Assembly: GCA_965243615.1 (NCBI GenBank)
Contig: CBDEVO010000003.1
Span: 2,690,701-2,754,700 of the forward strand
Direction of reading: 5' to 3'
DNA: 64,000 bases
Source: Vicinamibacterales bacterium
GTDB taxonomy: Bacteria; Acidobacteriota; Vicinamibacteria; Vicinamibacterales; UBA8438
Shown here: positions 55,050-64,000 of the stretch, piece after piece
Layout of the letters: every line of letters starts with the position of its first letter
Numbering within the stretch: position 1 is the first letter of the stretch
The notes under the pieces: model-generated
Databases searched by the model: none
The model's input: only the letters and a program-made list of their open reading frames with translations
What the model was told of the DNA's origin: nothing
Position numbers and translations under genes: made by a program

Positions 55050-55871
55050 CGCTACGCCGGGAGCCAGTTGCTCAGGCGGGAGCGACGCCGCCCGCGACGG
55101 CTCGGAGCCGGGTCGGCTCGGCACCGCTACCGCCGACGTCTTCAGTTCAGGGGGCGGGTGGCCCCGCCTGGGCCTGCTCCGGCAGCCACGCGACCACGTG
55201 TCTTGGAGTGTTGCCCCAACCCGGTCCCGGGTCCGACCCTGGCAGCGTCCTCGACTCCGCCCCCCCCTCGGGGTCGAGGGCGCGCAGCTCGCCAAGTGAG
55301 GGTCGCGACATCGGGCGCTTCATGGTGGCCCCGGGGGACCGCCCTCGACCTCCGCGAGTCCGCCGGCCGCGACGGGCCCAGGTTGAGCCTTCGACTACTT
55401 GATATCGGTCAATGACATTGGCCGACCGCCTGCCGCAGTCTCACCTGCTTGCGGGCTATCGCGTCCGTAGCGGAGTCCGCCGGCCCGAGCCGGCGCCCTG
55501 TTGCTCGAGCAAGGCGAACCGGTGCAGCCGGATGCAGGCTACTACCAGTTCGACCTCGAACGGAGGAAACCGCGACAGCCTTCCTGAACGAGTGGCGGTG
55601 GCTGTCGGCCAGCATGGTTCATTCTACATGGACGCGCCGAGGCGGTTCGACGTCGCCGAGGAGGCGGTTGGAGACCTTGCAGACGGCTTGCACGTCATCG
55701 GATTCCGGCGAAGCGGAGGTTCACTATCGCCCCTGATCCAGGCCGACCGTGCTCGGAGGGACGCCTGTCGCCGCCGCGCGTCCCTTGCAACGGTTGACGA
55801 ACCCGTTCGTTGGTTGGGCTCGACCGTTTTCGTCAGTCTGTCGGCAGTCAGGGAGAGGAAGGGGACACGCG

Positions 55872-56813
55872 ATGAGCGACGACCAACGGGAGGAGAGGGA
55901 GCGGGAAGACAGGCGCGAGCGTCGCAGGTTCATGCTGGGGGTCTTGTTCGCCGTCATCTTCGCGTTTGCATTGCTGGTGGCGGTGCCTCTGGCGGGCGTA
56001 TACACGCTGAACCTGTGGGCCGGCGCGACGGGCGGCATCGACTTCTGGGGACCGTTGCTAGCCATAGCCATCAGCGTCACGTCGATGAGCGTGAGCGGCA
56101 TTTTCGTGTTCATGTCCTTTCGCATCGACCGGGGGGTGAAGAGCGAAGCGAGGGAGACAGTGAGAACGCTACTGCAGGAGAGCATGAAGACCGCGTTCGA
56201 GGAAGCGGGCAGAGAAGCGAAGGATCGCTTCATCAAGGCGAGGAAGTGGTCGGACGCTGAATTCGAGAAGGTGAGGAAAGAGATTTCCGGCATGGCGGGG
56301 GAGATCGAGAAAAAACACGAATCGATGAATGAGCGCTTCGAACAGCTCGACGGGACGCTGGAGGACATCAAGAGTGACGTGGTCACCAAGAAGGTCGAGC
56401 TCGCCAAGAAGATCGACGCGGCAGGCGCGGAGATAGAGAACCGATTCAAGGCGGAAGCGCCGAACGTGACGGAGGCCTTTGCCGGCGTGTACGAATTGAT
56501 CAGGGCCTTGAGACAGCAGATACTGGAGCTGGATCTGCGAGGCGAGTCGGGTGATGGGAAGGTGACGTTGGACTGGACCGCCGGTCCGGATCCGCGATTC
56601 GCTCAGTTGCGATGGCAGTATCAGATGAGAGAGGAGGGTGGCGAATACGGGGGGTGGTTGGACCTGTCGCCGGAGGCGGTGAGCACGAGAGAGTTCGTGG
56701 TGGGCGGCTTGACGAACGATCGTCCGTACTTCTTTCGCGTGCGGGTGATGAGTGACGACTCGCCACCGAGCAAAGAGGTGAGGGTGACCCCTACGGCGCC
56801 GTCCACTCCATGA
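55872..56813 (+). CDS. Membrane protein: charged N-terminus, 2 TM, long coiled coil, C-terminal FN3 domain
   Basis: MSDDQREEREREDRRERRR, TMs LGVLFAVIFAFALLVAVPLAGVY and LLAIAISVTSMSVSGIFVFMSF, a K/E-rich lower-GC coiled coil, and FN3 GDGKVTLDWT..YFFRVRVMS. Confidence 0.7.
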   Translation: MSDDQREEREREDRRERRRFMLGVLFAVIFAFALLVAVPLAGVYTLNLWAGATGGIDFWGPLLAIAISVTSMSVSGIFVFMSFRIDRGVKSEARETVRTLLQESMKTAFEEAGREAKDRFIKARKWSDAEFEKVRKEISGMAGEIEKKHESMNERFEQLDGTLEDIKSDVVTKKVELAKKIDAAGAEIENRFKAEAPNVTEAFAGVYELIRALRQQILELDLRGESGDGKVTLDWTAGPDPRFAQLRWQYQMREEGGEYGGWLDLSPEAVSTREFVVGGLTNDRPYFFRVRVMSDDSPPSKEVRVTPTAPSTP

Positions 56814-57877
56814 CGGCCGGGCCGGGTACGCCGTGGAGATTGCCGTCTGGAGTCGTGCATCGGGATGTACGGCTCCGGGTGGAGGATGGGATGGATCGTG
56901 AACGTGTCGCGGCGTGGCGCGTCGCCTTGGTGCTGGCGGTCATGCTGGCGTTGACCTGCGGCGCCTCCGTGTGGGTGATCGAGAGAATCCTCGATTTGCC
57001 GTCGGGAGCGCGCTTGACCGCGCATCCGGGCGACGGGCAGGTGACTCTGCGCTGGGTGGTTTCCGGCGATCGCGACCCGAAAGCGGAGCAGTGGACATGG
57101 AAGTACCAGCAGAGGGATTCCGACGGACCATACGGGGGCTGGTTGCCGGCCGGTGAGGCCGCGGACCGAAGGCATGTCGTCGGGGACCTGGAGAACGGCC
57201 GGGACTACCTCTTCCGGGTACGGGCGGTGAACGAGAAGGGGGAAGGGGCCCGGAGCAACGAGGCTCGCGCGACGCCTGCGGCCTCGGTGGGCCGCCTGCT
57301 CAACGTCATGAACGCCACGTTGCGGATCGGCGTCGGCATGGGAGGACGCTGGGAGACGACGCCCGATGGCGCTTACGTGGTCAGAGTGTTTCACCGCGAG
57401 AACGGCGTACTCGCCGGCCCCCGCGAGGGCGCGGGGATACTGGTCGGCGAAGAACGCCGGGGTCGTCTGGAGACCCTGGCCGTCGCGTTGGCGGCGTGTG
57501 CGCGGGGTGGCGCGGGGCTGGAGGTGACGGTTCGCGGTTTTGCCAGCAGCGCTCCGTTCAGGGACGAGAACGGCGACCCGTTGACCGATTCCGACGCGTT
57601 GAACCTCAAGGTCGCCAATCGGCGGGCGGCCGAAATTGCGAGGATCCTCGCGTCCGCCGCTCCGAGCCTGACGATTACGACCGGCGAGTGGATGTCGTTC
57701 GGCGACATGGCGGGCGCAAGGCTGCGCGATCGCGAGACGGCCGGACAGCGGATTGCTGACCGGGAGTTCCTGAACCGCAGCGTGGAGGTCGTCGTGCCCG
57801 ACCTGGGCGGGTGCACGGTCCCACCGGAGGGCGGGGAAGGAGTGGAGGCGGGTCAGGCGGTGAACGCAGGACGATGA
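56810..57877 (+). CDS. Membrane-anchored FN3 domain protein with C-terminal OmpA/MotB-like peptidoglycan-binding domain
   Basis: ATGA overlap with the upstream gene. TM VALVLAVMLALTCGASVWVI. FN3 GDGQVTLRWV..YLFRVRAVNEKGEG. OmpA-like: VTVRGFASSAP..NLKVANRRAAEIARIL..NRSVEVVV. Confidence 0.7.
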   Translation: MTAGPGTPWRLPSGVVHRDVRLRVEDGMDRERVAAWRVALVLAVMLALTCGASVWVIERILDLPSGARLTAHPGDGQVTLRWVVSGDRDPKAEQWTWKYQQRDSDGPYGGWLPAGEAADRRHVVGDLENGRDYLFRVRAVNEKGEGARSNEARATPAASVGRLLNVMNATLRIGVGMGGRWETTPDGAYVVRVFHRENGVLAGPREGAGILVGEERRGRLETLAVALAACARGGAGLEVTVRGFASSAPFRDENGDPLTDSDALNLKVANRRAAEIARILASAAPSLTITTGEWMSFGDMAGARLRDRETAGQRIADREFLNRSVEVVVPDLGGCTVPPEGGEGVEAGQAVNAGR

Positions 57878-58154
57878 TTCGCGTTGCCGTCACCGGGTCG
57901 GCACGAGGCCAGGCCGGGGCCGGGGCTTCAGGGGCCGCTCGAAAGGACGTGTGGCCGGGCGCACAGCCGATTTCCGGCCAATGCGCATCCCCGTTGACAG
58001 CCGTCGATGCCGGACCTGCAGGCATGGCCGGTCTCCCGGCGATGTGGCACGCGACGACGTTGGTTGATCCGGAATGCTGTTCTGCGGGGATCCAGGGCCC
58101 TTCAGCAGCTCCCGTGCGTGCATCCGCGAGCAGCGCCTGGAAGGCCGGCAGGCG

Positions 58155-60317
58155 CTACGGCTCGTCCGCCGCCGGCTCGCCCGGAAGCTCCCCGAGGCGC
58201 ACGGCCCAGAGGCCGGAGTTCATGTCCGAGAAGAAGATCGTCCCCTTGTGCGGCTGCGCGCCGAAGACCTGCGGCGCGTTCGGCACGAAGCCCTCGGGGT
58301 CGAGGGGCAGGAAGCGGGCGATCTCGCGGCCCTGACGGTAGAGGTTGCCCAGCAGCTCGCCCGAGACGTCGACCACCCGCAGGCCCCCGTTGTAGAACCC
58401 CACGTACATCACGTCGTCCTCGACCCAGATGTTGTGGCTCCCGGCCTCGGGCACCTCGTAGCGGCCGACGAGGCGCGGCGGCGATTCGAAGTTCTCGTCC
58501 CACTCCAGGATGTGGATCCAGCCGCGCCAGCGATGGGGCTCGTTCTCGTAGCCGGGGGTGCCGGTGCCGACGGCCGCCTGCGGGCTGTAGTTCGGACCGG
58601 TCCGCGCCGCCTCGTCCCCCGCGAAGATGTAGAACTTGCCGGTCGAGACGCTCCGGTAGGGATAGACGGCGTGGTTCCAGCCGGTCGGGAACGGGAACTG
58701 CCCGATGAGCCTCGGGTCCCGCGGGCTGCCGCCCCGGTCCGCGCCGCCCACGTCGATCACCGCCACGCCGTCCGCCCAGTTCGCGGAGTAGGCGATGCCG
58801 TCGACCACCACGACGTCGTGGATCGAGCGCGCCGGATTGTCGAGGGCGAAGCTCCCGACCCGCCGGGGAGACGAGCGATCCGCGATGTCGATGACGTCGA
58901 AGCGCCGGGCGGCGGAGAGGGCGTACACGTAGCCGTCGTGAATGTAGGTGTTGTGGACGCCTCCGGTGAGCTGGTCGTCGTACTCGGCGACCTTCCGCAC
59001 CCCGACGTTCGGATCGGACACATCGAGGATGACCAGCCCGTTGCGGCGGTTGGAGGCGCCCTCGCGCGAGAGCACCGCCGTCCTGCCGTCCTCCGAGACC
59101 TTGACGTCGTTCACCGAGCGCGCGTCCACCCGCACGACGTCGACGACATCGATGCTCGCCGGGTCCGTCACGTCCCAGACGTAGGCGTGGCCGCCCGCGT
59201 TGAGGGTGCCGGTCAACGCGTAGTCGCGCCCGTCGGGGGCTTCCCACACCCAGAGGTCGGTGGTGGCGCGGTCCTGCACCCGGCCGTGCCCGACCAGCTC
59301 GATGGGGCGCCGGACCGCGCGCTCGACGACCCGGATGACGGTCGAGGCCGATACCGGGCCGCTGCGGGCGACGACGGTATAGACCCCGGGGAGATCGGCC
59401 ACGAACCGGCCGTCCTCGGTGACCAGCCCCGAGGAAGGGCCGCCGCTGCTCAGGTCGTCGGTGACGGCGGAGACGCTGAAGCCGACCGGGACGTCGTCGA
59501 GCGACCGTCCCTCGGCGTCGGCCACCCTGGCCGTCAGTTGCGTCACGTCTCCGGTCCGAACCGCGCTCCGGTCCGGGGTCAGATCGATGCTCGCGGCCGG
59601 GTTCGGCTCCACGTCGAGGAGCAGCTCGGCGACGGCGCTGCCGGCGGTGGCGGTTACCGTGACCCTGCCCGGCGCGCCGAGCGCCAGCACGCCTCGAGCG
59701 CCGGCGCCCTCGGTGGCCGCAGGCTGCCCGATCGGCAGGGCCACCGACCCGTCCGAGGAACGCCAGTCGACCACGACGTCCTCCACGACCGCCCCCGTCT
59801 CGTCGCGCGCTTCGGCCCGGACGGCCACTTCCGTGCCGCCGTAGAACGGTCCCGGGGCGTCGAGGGCGAGCGACGCCGCCGGCCGCGGCAGGATGGTGAG
59901 CGGTATGCGCCGCTCGAGACGGCCCTCCGCGTCCGAATCCGGCCCCGGCGGGTCGGGCGTGGCGCCCACCACGCGCACCATCACGGCGTACCGGCCCGGA
60001 CGGAGGGTCGAGACTCGGCCGTCGGGCGCCACCGTGAAGATGTTGAAGCCCCAGGTCCGTTCCTCGAGGTTCCAGTACTGCCCGTACAGCGGCAGATAGA
60101 GGACCTCGGCCTCCATCTCGTTCCCGTCGGCGTCCAGCACCGTGGCGGTGATCTGCGCGCCCTCGCCGGCGGTCAGCGTGATCTCTTCGGGCGAGACGGA
60201 GAGGGTCGCCGGCGTCGGCCCACCCTGTTCGGTCCCGGCTTGCGCGAACGCGCCCACCGGGACGAGCAGGACCGCGGCCAGCGCCGTCGAGTGTCGGAGA
60301 GTTGCGTAGAGAGACAT
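58155..60317 (-). CDS. Secreted protein with Big_2-like Ig domains and LVIVD-repeat beta-propeller
   Basis: Signal MSLYATLRHSTALAAVLLVPVGAFAQA. Ig-like: LSVSPEEITLTAGEGAQITATVLDADGN. LVIVD-type repeats: NGLVILDVSDP, RFDVIDIADRSSP, GVAVIDVGG, GLRVVDVSG. Confidence 0.8.
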   Translation of the reverse strand: MSLYATLRHSTALAAVLLVPVGAFAQAGTEQGGPTPATLSVSPEEITLTAGEGAQITATVLDADGNEMEAEVLYLPLYGQYWNLEERTWGFNIFTVAPDGRVSTLRPGRYAVMVRVVGATPDPPGPDSDAEGRLERRIPLTILPRPAASLALDAPGPFYGGTEVAVRAEARDETGAVVEDVVVDWRSSDGSVALPIGQPAATEGAGARGVLALGAPGRVTVTATAGSAVAELLLDVEPNPAASIDLTPDRSAVRTGDVTQLTARVADAEGRSLDDVPVGFSVSAVTDDLSSGGPSSGLVTEDGRFVADLPGVYTVVARSGPVSASTVIRVVERAVRRPIELVGHGRVQDRATTDLWVWEAPDGRDYALTGTLNAGGHAYVWDVTDPASIDVVDVVRVDARSVNDVKVSEDGRTAVLSREGASNRRNGLVILDVSDPNVGVRKVAEYDDQLTGGVHNTYIHDGYVYALSAARRFDVIDIADRSSPRRVGSFALDNPARSIHDVVVVDGIAYSANWADGVAVIDVGGADRGGSPRDPRLIGQFPFPTGWNHAVYPYRSVSTGKFYIFAGDEAARTGPNYSPQAAVGTGTPGYENEPHRWRGWIHILEWDENFESPPRLVGRYEVPEAGSHNIWVEDDVMYVGFYNGGLRVVDVSGELLGNLYRQGREIARFLPLDPEGFVPNAPQVFGAQPHKGTIFFSDMNSGLWAVRLGELPGEPAADEP

Positions 60318-60514
60318 CGGGGTGTTCCTCGGTCCTCGCGTGCGGCGCGTCTTGTTCGTCAAGGCCCGCGACCGCGCCCGCGCGGCCTTGGCGAGGTCTT
60401 CCTGGAGGTTGGCGGCCTGGACCGTGATGGCCGACACGCCGCCCGGCCCACGGCTCGTACTATAACGCCCGATTCCCCCCGCTTTCGGAGTTGGTGGGCA
60501 GGGTCGGTGTCGCG

Positions 60515-61426
60515 TTATCGCCGCTTCATCTGCTTCCGCTCCAGCAGGAAGGCGACCACCGTGTCGTGGAAGTGCCGCCCTTCGCCGCCGAGCCGCAGAA
60601 CGTCCAGTCCGCGGTCGCGCGCCTGGTGCTCCACCGCGTCCTGCCACTCGCCGATGCGGCGGGCGAGTTGCCGCACGTCGTCGGCGGCGAGCACCCGGGT
60701 GCGGCCCGTCTCCGCGTCGGCGGCCTCGATCCAGCCCGCGGACAGCGGCGGCAGCTCGAACGCGAAGGCGCTGTCGATGAGCACGACGAAGACGTCGTGG
60801 GCGCTGTTCAGGTCGGCGAGCTCGGTGAGGAAGGCGTCCGGGTCCTCGAACAGGAAATCGGAGATCACCGGGACCAGCGACCGCCGGCGCAGCAGCTCCG
60901 CGAACGTCCGGTGCGAGGCGGGCTCGGCGCCGTAACGACCGCGAAGGTGGTCCTGGTAGACGTCCACGCAGTGGATGGCGTGGTTCCGCCCCACCTGCGG
61001 GCGCAGCGCGATGCGCCGCGCGTCCCGGTCGAAGGTGACGAGGCCGGCCCGGTCCTGGAAGAAGGCGGCGGCGAGGGCGAACGTCGCCACGGTGCGGGCG
61101 ATGACCCTCGCGATCGACTCGCCCCCCGCCCCGCAGCGGGTCGAGTCGGACACGTCGGCCGCGACGATCACCGAGGCGCTGCTCTCCTGGTCGAACTCGC
61201 GGGTCATCAGCGGGCTGAAGTTGGTGAGGGTCGACTGCGCCCAGTCGATGGCCGAGGGCCGGTCGCCGGGCTCCCAGTCGCGCAGGCCCGCGAGGTCGTG
61301 GCCGGGGCCGTGGACGAGGCTGGGGTGTATGCCCCCCATCAGCTCCTGCATGCGCCGCCGGATGACGAGCTCGACGTCCCGGATCTCCTCCCAGGACACG
61401 AGCGAGTCGTCGGCGTCGAGGCTCAT
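60515..61426 (-). CDS. DUF58 domain protein (MoxR-associated)
   Basis: GLRDWEPGDRPSAIDWAQSTLTNFSPLMTREFDQE... Lies immediately downstream of the MoxR ATPase gene. Confidence 0.8.
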   Translation of the reverse strand: MSLDADDSLVSWEEIRDVELVIRRRMQELMGGIHPSLVHGPGHDLAGLRDWEPGDRPSAIDWAQSTLTNFSPLMTREFDQESSASVIVAADVSDSTRCGAGGESIARVIARTVATFALAAAFFQDRAGLVTFDRDARRIALRPQVGRNHAIHCVDVYQDHLRGRYGAEPASHRTFAELLRRRSLVPVISDFLFEDPDAFLTELADLNSAHDVFVVLIDSAFAFELPPLSAGWIEAADAETGRTRVLAADDVRQLARRIGEWQDAVEHQARDRGLDVLRLGGEGRHFHDTVVAFLLERKQMKRR

Positions 61427-61514
61427 GGAGCCGGCACCCGGTCGACGGTGGCGACCTCCAGGTCCCGGCTCGCCCCGTGGGGCGTCGGCCGGCACGGGTC
61501 CTCGGCGTGGGCGC

Positions 61515-62555
61515 TCATGGGATCGGCACCCGGTCGACGATGTCCCCGATGACGTCGTCGACCCGTACGCCGCGGCCGGCCGCGTGGGGGGCGAGCCAGA
61601 TGCGGTGGCCCAGCACGTAGGGGGCGAGCGCCTGCACGTCCTCGGGATAGACCTCGGCCCGTCGGCCCGACAGGAGCGCCCAGACCTTGACGAGCCGGCC
61701 CCAGCAGATGGTGGCGCGGGGCGAGCCCCCGAGGTCGACGAACTGCTCCACCAGGGGCGACGGCGAGTGCTGCCGCCACTCCGTCTCGGGGCTGTAGGGC
61801 CGGGTCGCCGCCACCAGCCGGCGGATGTACCGGCCGAGCGCGTCGTGCAGGAACACCTGCTCGCCGATGCGTGCCCGCAGCTCGATCACTCGCGCCTTCG
61901 GCATCAGGCCGTCGAGGTGCACCTTCTTGAAGTCGAAGGCCACCAGCTTCTGCTCCTCCTCGGGGGGCAGGTAGCCGATGTTGACCATGATCGCGAACCG
62001 GTCGGTGGCCGCCTCCGACAGGGGGAAGGTGCCCTGGCCGAGCTCGATCGGGTTCATGGTGGCGATGGCGAAGCTGAAGGCGGGGAGCTTGTAGGTCTCC
62101 TTGCCGACGGTGACCGAGCGGTCCTGCAGGCCCTCGAGGAACGCGCTCTGCGACTTGAGGGGGATGCGGTTGATCTCGTCGAGCAGGATCACCTCGGCTG
62201 AGGCGAGAGGGCCGAACTCGGTCATGAACTCGCCGGTCGCGGGATTGATCATCTGGAACCCGACGACCTCGGTCGGCTGGAGGTCGGCCCGGCCCTGCAG
62301 GCGCGCGAACCGGGCCCCGCTGATGGCGGCGAGGATGACCCCGAAGAAGGTCTTGCCGACGCCGGGCACCCCGCGCAGCAGCAGGTTGCCGGCGTTGACC
62401 TGCCGCTGCTCCTCCTGGTCGTAGGTGGTGGGGATCTCGGCCAGGAGCACCATGTTGGCGAGGGCCTTCTCGCGCTCGTAGCCGACGAGGGCCTTGCCCC
62501 CCTCGGCGATGATGGCGTCGTGGAAGTCGACGGCGTCCTGCAGGTCGGCGTGCAT
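61515..62555 (-). CDS. MoxR-family AAA+ ATPase
   Basis: Walker A GVPGVGKT. Walker B VILLDEINR. ..FAIATMNPIELGQGTFPLSEAATDRF. Confidence 0.9.
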   Translation of the reverse strand: MHADLQDAVDFHDAIIAEGGKALVGYEREKALANMVLLAEIPTTYDQEEQRQVNAGNLLLRGVPGVGKTFFGVILAAISGARFARLQGRADLQPTEVVGFQMINPATGEFMTEFGPLASAEVILLDEINRIPLKSQSAFLEGLQDRSVTVGKETYKLPAFSFAIATMNPIELGQGTFPLSEAATDRFAIMVNIGYLPPEEEQKLVAFDFKKVHLDGLMPKARVIELRARIGEQVFLHDALGRYIRRLVAATRPYSPETEWRQHSPSPLVEQFVDLGGSPRATICWGRLVKVWALLSGRRAEVYPEDVQALAPYVLGHRIWLAPHAAGRGVRVDDVIGDIVDRVPIP

Positions 62556-62573
62556 GGGTCTGCGCCGGCGCGG

Positions 62574-63092
62574 CTACGAGGCCCCGTCCGCCTCCAGCAG
62601 GGGCCTCAGCCCGCCCCAGACGTCCGGGTCGAGGGCGAGCAGGGTCGCCAGGTAGAGGTCGACGTCGGGCGCGTCGAAGCGCGCGCGCAGGCCGTCCACC
62701 GCCGGCGTGAGCCGGTCGGCCGCGAACGGCTCCGGCTCGTGGCCCGGCGCGATCAGGCCGTCGTCGTTCGGGACCTCCAGCGCGTCGAGGAAGGCGCCCA
62801 GCAGGGCCCGCCGGTGCGCGAGGTGCAGCGTCGTCAGCAGGGTCGAGGCCAGCGAGTTGTCGGGACGGACGCGCCGCACGAAGTAGTCGACCCGCTTGTC
62901 GACCGGCAGCTTCCGGACCCCCGCGGGCCGGAAGCGCAGGGCGTCGGCGAGGGCCTGGTCGGCCTCGCGGCGGAGATCCGGGTCGTCGGCGTACATCGCG
63001 TGGACGGCGAGCCGGCGGACCGGATCGTCCAGGGCCGACCACAGGCGGGCCGGCGTCAGCTTGTCCAACGGGAGGTTCTGCAGAGGGGACAC
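62574..63092 (-). CDS. Hypothetical protein upstream of MoxR (GTG start assumed)
   Basis: GC3-rich frame with helical content (LWSALDDPVRRLAVHAMYADDPDLRREADQALADAL). No motif recognised. Confidence 0.4.
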   Translation of the reverse strand: MSPLQNLPLDKLTPARLWSALDDPVRRLAVHAMYADDPDLRREADQALADALRFRPAGVRKLPVDKRVDYFVRRVRPDNSLASTLLTTLHLAHRRALLGAFLDALEVPNDDGLIAPGHEPEPFAADRLTPAVDGLRARFDAPDVDLYLATLLALDPDVWGGLRPLLEADGAS

Positions 63093-63226
63093 GATTGATG
63101 GGGAAGCGGGGAACGGGCCGGTGCGGTGTCGAAGTTCAGGTTCCAGCGCGGACCGGACCGCCCCGGGGCGTCGCCGACCGCGCATCCGATCCTACAGGAG
63201 TCGGCGCCGCGATGCCGCGCAGACTG

Positions 63227-63772
63227 CTAGGGGTCGGTCCGGCGCTCGGCGATGAACTCGCGGGCCATGCGGCGGGCGCTGTCGCGGATGGAGCGCACCG
63301 CCGCGTCGTTGGTGATGGTGGCCCGGGACACGCCGTCGATGTCCTCGCCGACGGCCATCGGGGCGAGCACGCTCTTGCCCCGGAACTGCTCGATGAACTC
63401 GGGGAGGTCGATCGAGAAGTAGCCGAACGGCTCGTCGTGGTACACCATGCTGACGTCGAGCAGCACGCCGCTCGGGGCCATGCCCACCAGCATCCAGATC
63501 TCGCCCTTGTAGCCGCGGACGTCCCGCGCGAAGTCGACGGTGAAGAACCCGAGGCCCACCAGGATCTCCTCGCCGTCCGGTCCCGTCCGATAGCCGCGGT
63601 AGTGCGGCGTGCCGCGGTCCACGAACCGGAACGTCTCGGCCCCGGGCAGCGCCTCGCGAAGGTACAGCTCGTAGCGCGGGATGTCGTCGGTGGCCCGCCA
63701 CCGCTGCCCGAGGGCAGCGGTGGGCAGGCCGACGATCACGAGCATGGCGGCCAGCCATGCGGCCGGTTTCAC
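63227..63772 (-). CDS. FMN-binding domain protein (membrane-anchored)
   Basis: GTG start. VKPAAWLAAMLVIVGLP anchor. ..GEDIDGVSRATITNDAAVRSIRDSA (FMN_bind-type S/T-G-A-T motif context). Confidence 0.65.
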   Translation of the reverse strand: MKPAAWLAAMLVIVGLPTAALGQRWRATDDIPRYELYLREALPGAETFRFVDRGTPHYRGYRTGPDGEEILVGLGFFTVDFARDVRGYKGEIWMLVGMAPSGVLLDVSMVYHDEPFGYFSIDLPEFIEQFRGKSVLAPMAVGEDIDGVSRATITNDAAVRSIRDSARRMAREFIAERRTDP

Positions 63773-63792
63773 GTCGTTGCCTCCTGGCGCCG

Positions 63793-64000
63793 TCAGTCCG
63801 CGAGCGGGTGCGGCCGCAACTGGAAGTGCACCATCTTGCTCGGGGTGCCCTTGCCGCCCTCGATGTGCCAGTTGAAGTTCCCGCCGTAGTTGGCCCAGAG
63901 GCCGCGGCCCTTCCAGCCCGCGTCCGGGTCGTCGATGCGCCCGTCGAGGCCCCGCGAGAAGAAGCCCAGGGGGTAGGGGATGCGCAGCACCACCCACTCG
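63793..64000 (-). CDS. C-terminal end of an unidentified protein (gene continues beyond the window)
   Basis: Frame is open to the window edge: ..LRIPYPLGFFSRGLDGRIDDPDAGWKGRGLWANYGGNFNWHIEGGKGTPSKMVHFQLRPHPLAD*. Confidence 0.5.
   Translation of the reverse strand, partial: EWVVLRIPYPLGFFSRGLDGRIDDPDAGWKGRGLWANYGGNFNWHIEGGKGTPSKMVHFQLRPHPLAD

Noticed and set aside
60515-62555. MoxR-DUF58 pair as a candidate novel system
   Set aside because: This is the common MoxR/DUF58 (Bat-like) association and looks ordinary. It was annotated as features only.

Overview
High-GC (~70%) bacterial chromosomal window. Most six-frame ORFs are GC artefacts; about 55 features can be supported. The main feature is a ~53.2-kb integrative mobilizable element (about 947-54192) inserted inside a PQQ-dependent dehydrogenase gene. 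The gene's 5' part stops at 947 and its 3' part resumes in the same frame at 54198. Both junctions carry the 13-bp direct repeat TCGCCTGGTACTA. The element has a P4-type tyrosine integrase and an AlpA-like gene at its right end. It also has a CI/LexA-like repressor, a MobC-position protein, an RSF1010-like oriT and a 1559-aa MOBQ relaxase with a 1.1-kb internal tandem duplication. No T4SS genes are present. Cargo includes: (1) an 11-kb co-directional block of OMF-MFP-RND efflux genes, two paralogous P450s, an MpaB/Lcp-family oxygenase and Idi; (2) a block of ADOP permease, ECF sigma factor, VWA/TPR protein, Cys-rich protein and ParB-like protein; (3) bactofilin, HU and a second ADOP permease. 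The element also holds an En-minus group II intron placed 5 nt after a stem-loop, an IS1634 copy, and decayed Tn3, IS21 and integrase fragments with segmental duplications, which suggests a composite history. The right chromosomal flank carries a translationally coupled pair (TM/coiled-coil/FN3 plus TM/FN3/OmpA-like), a Big_2/LVIVD protein, MoxR and DUF58, and an FMN-binding protein. All family calls come from motif reading of translations; no database search was run.
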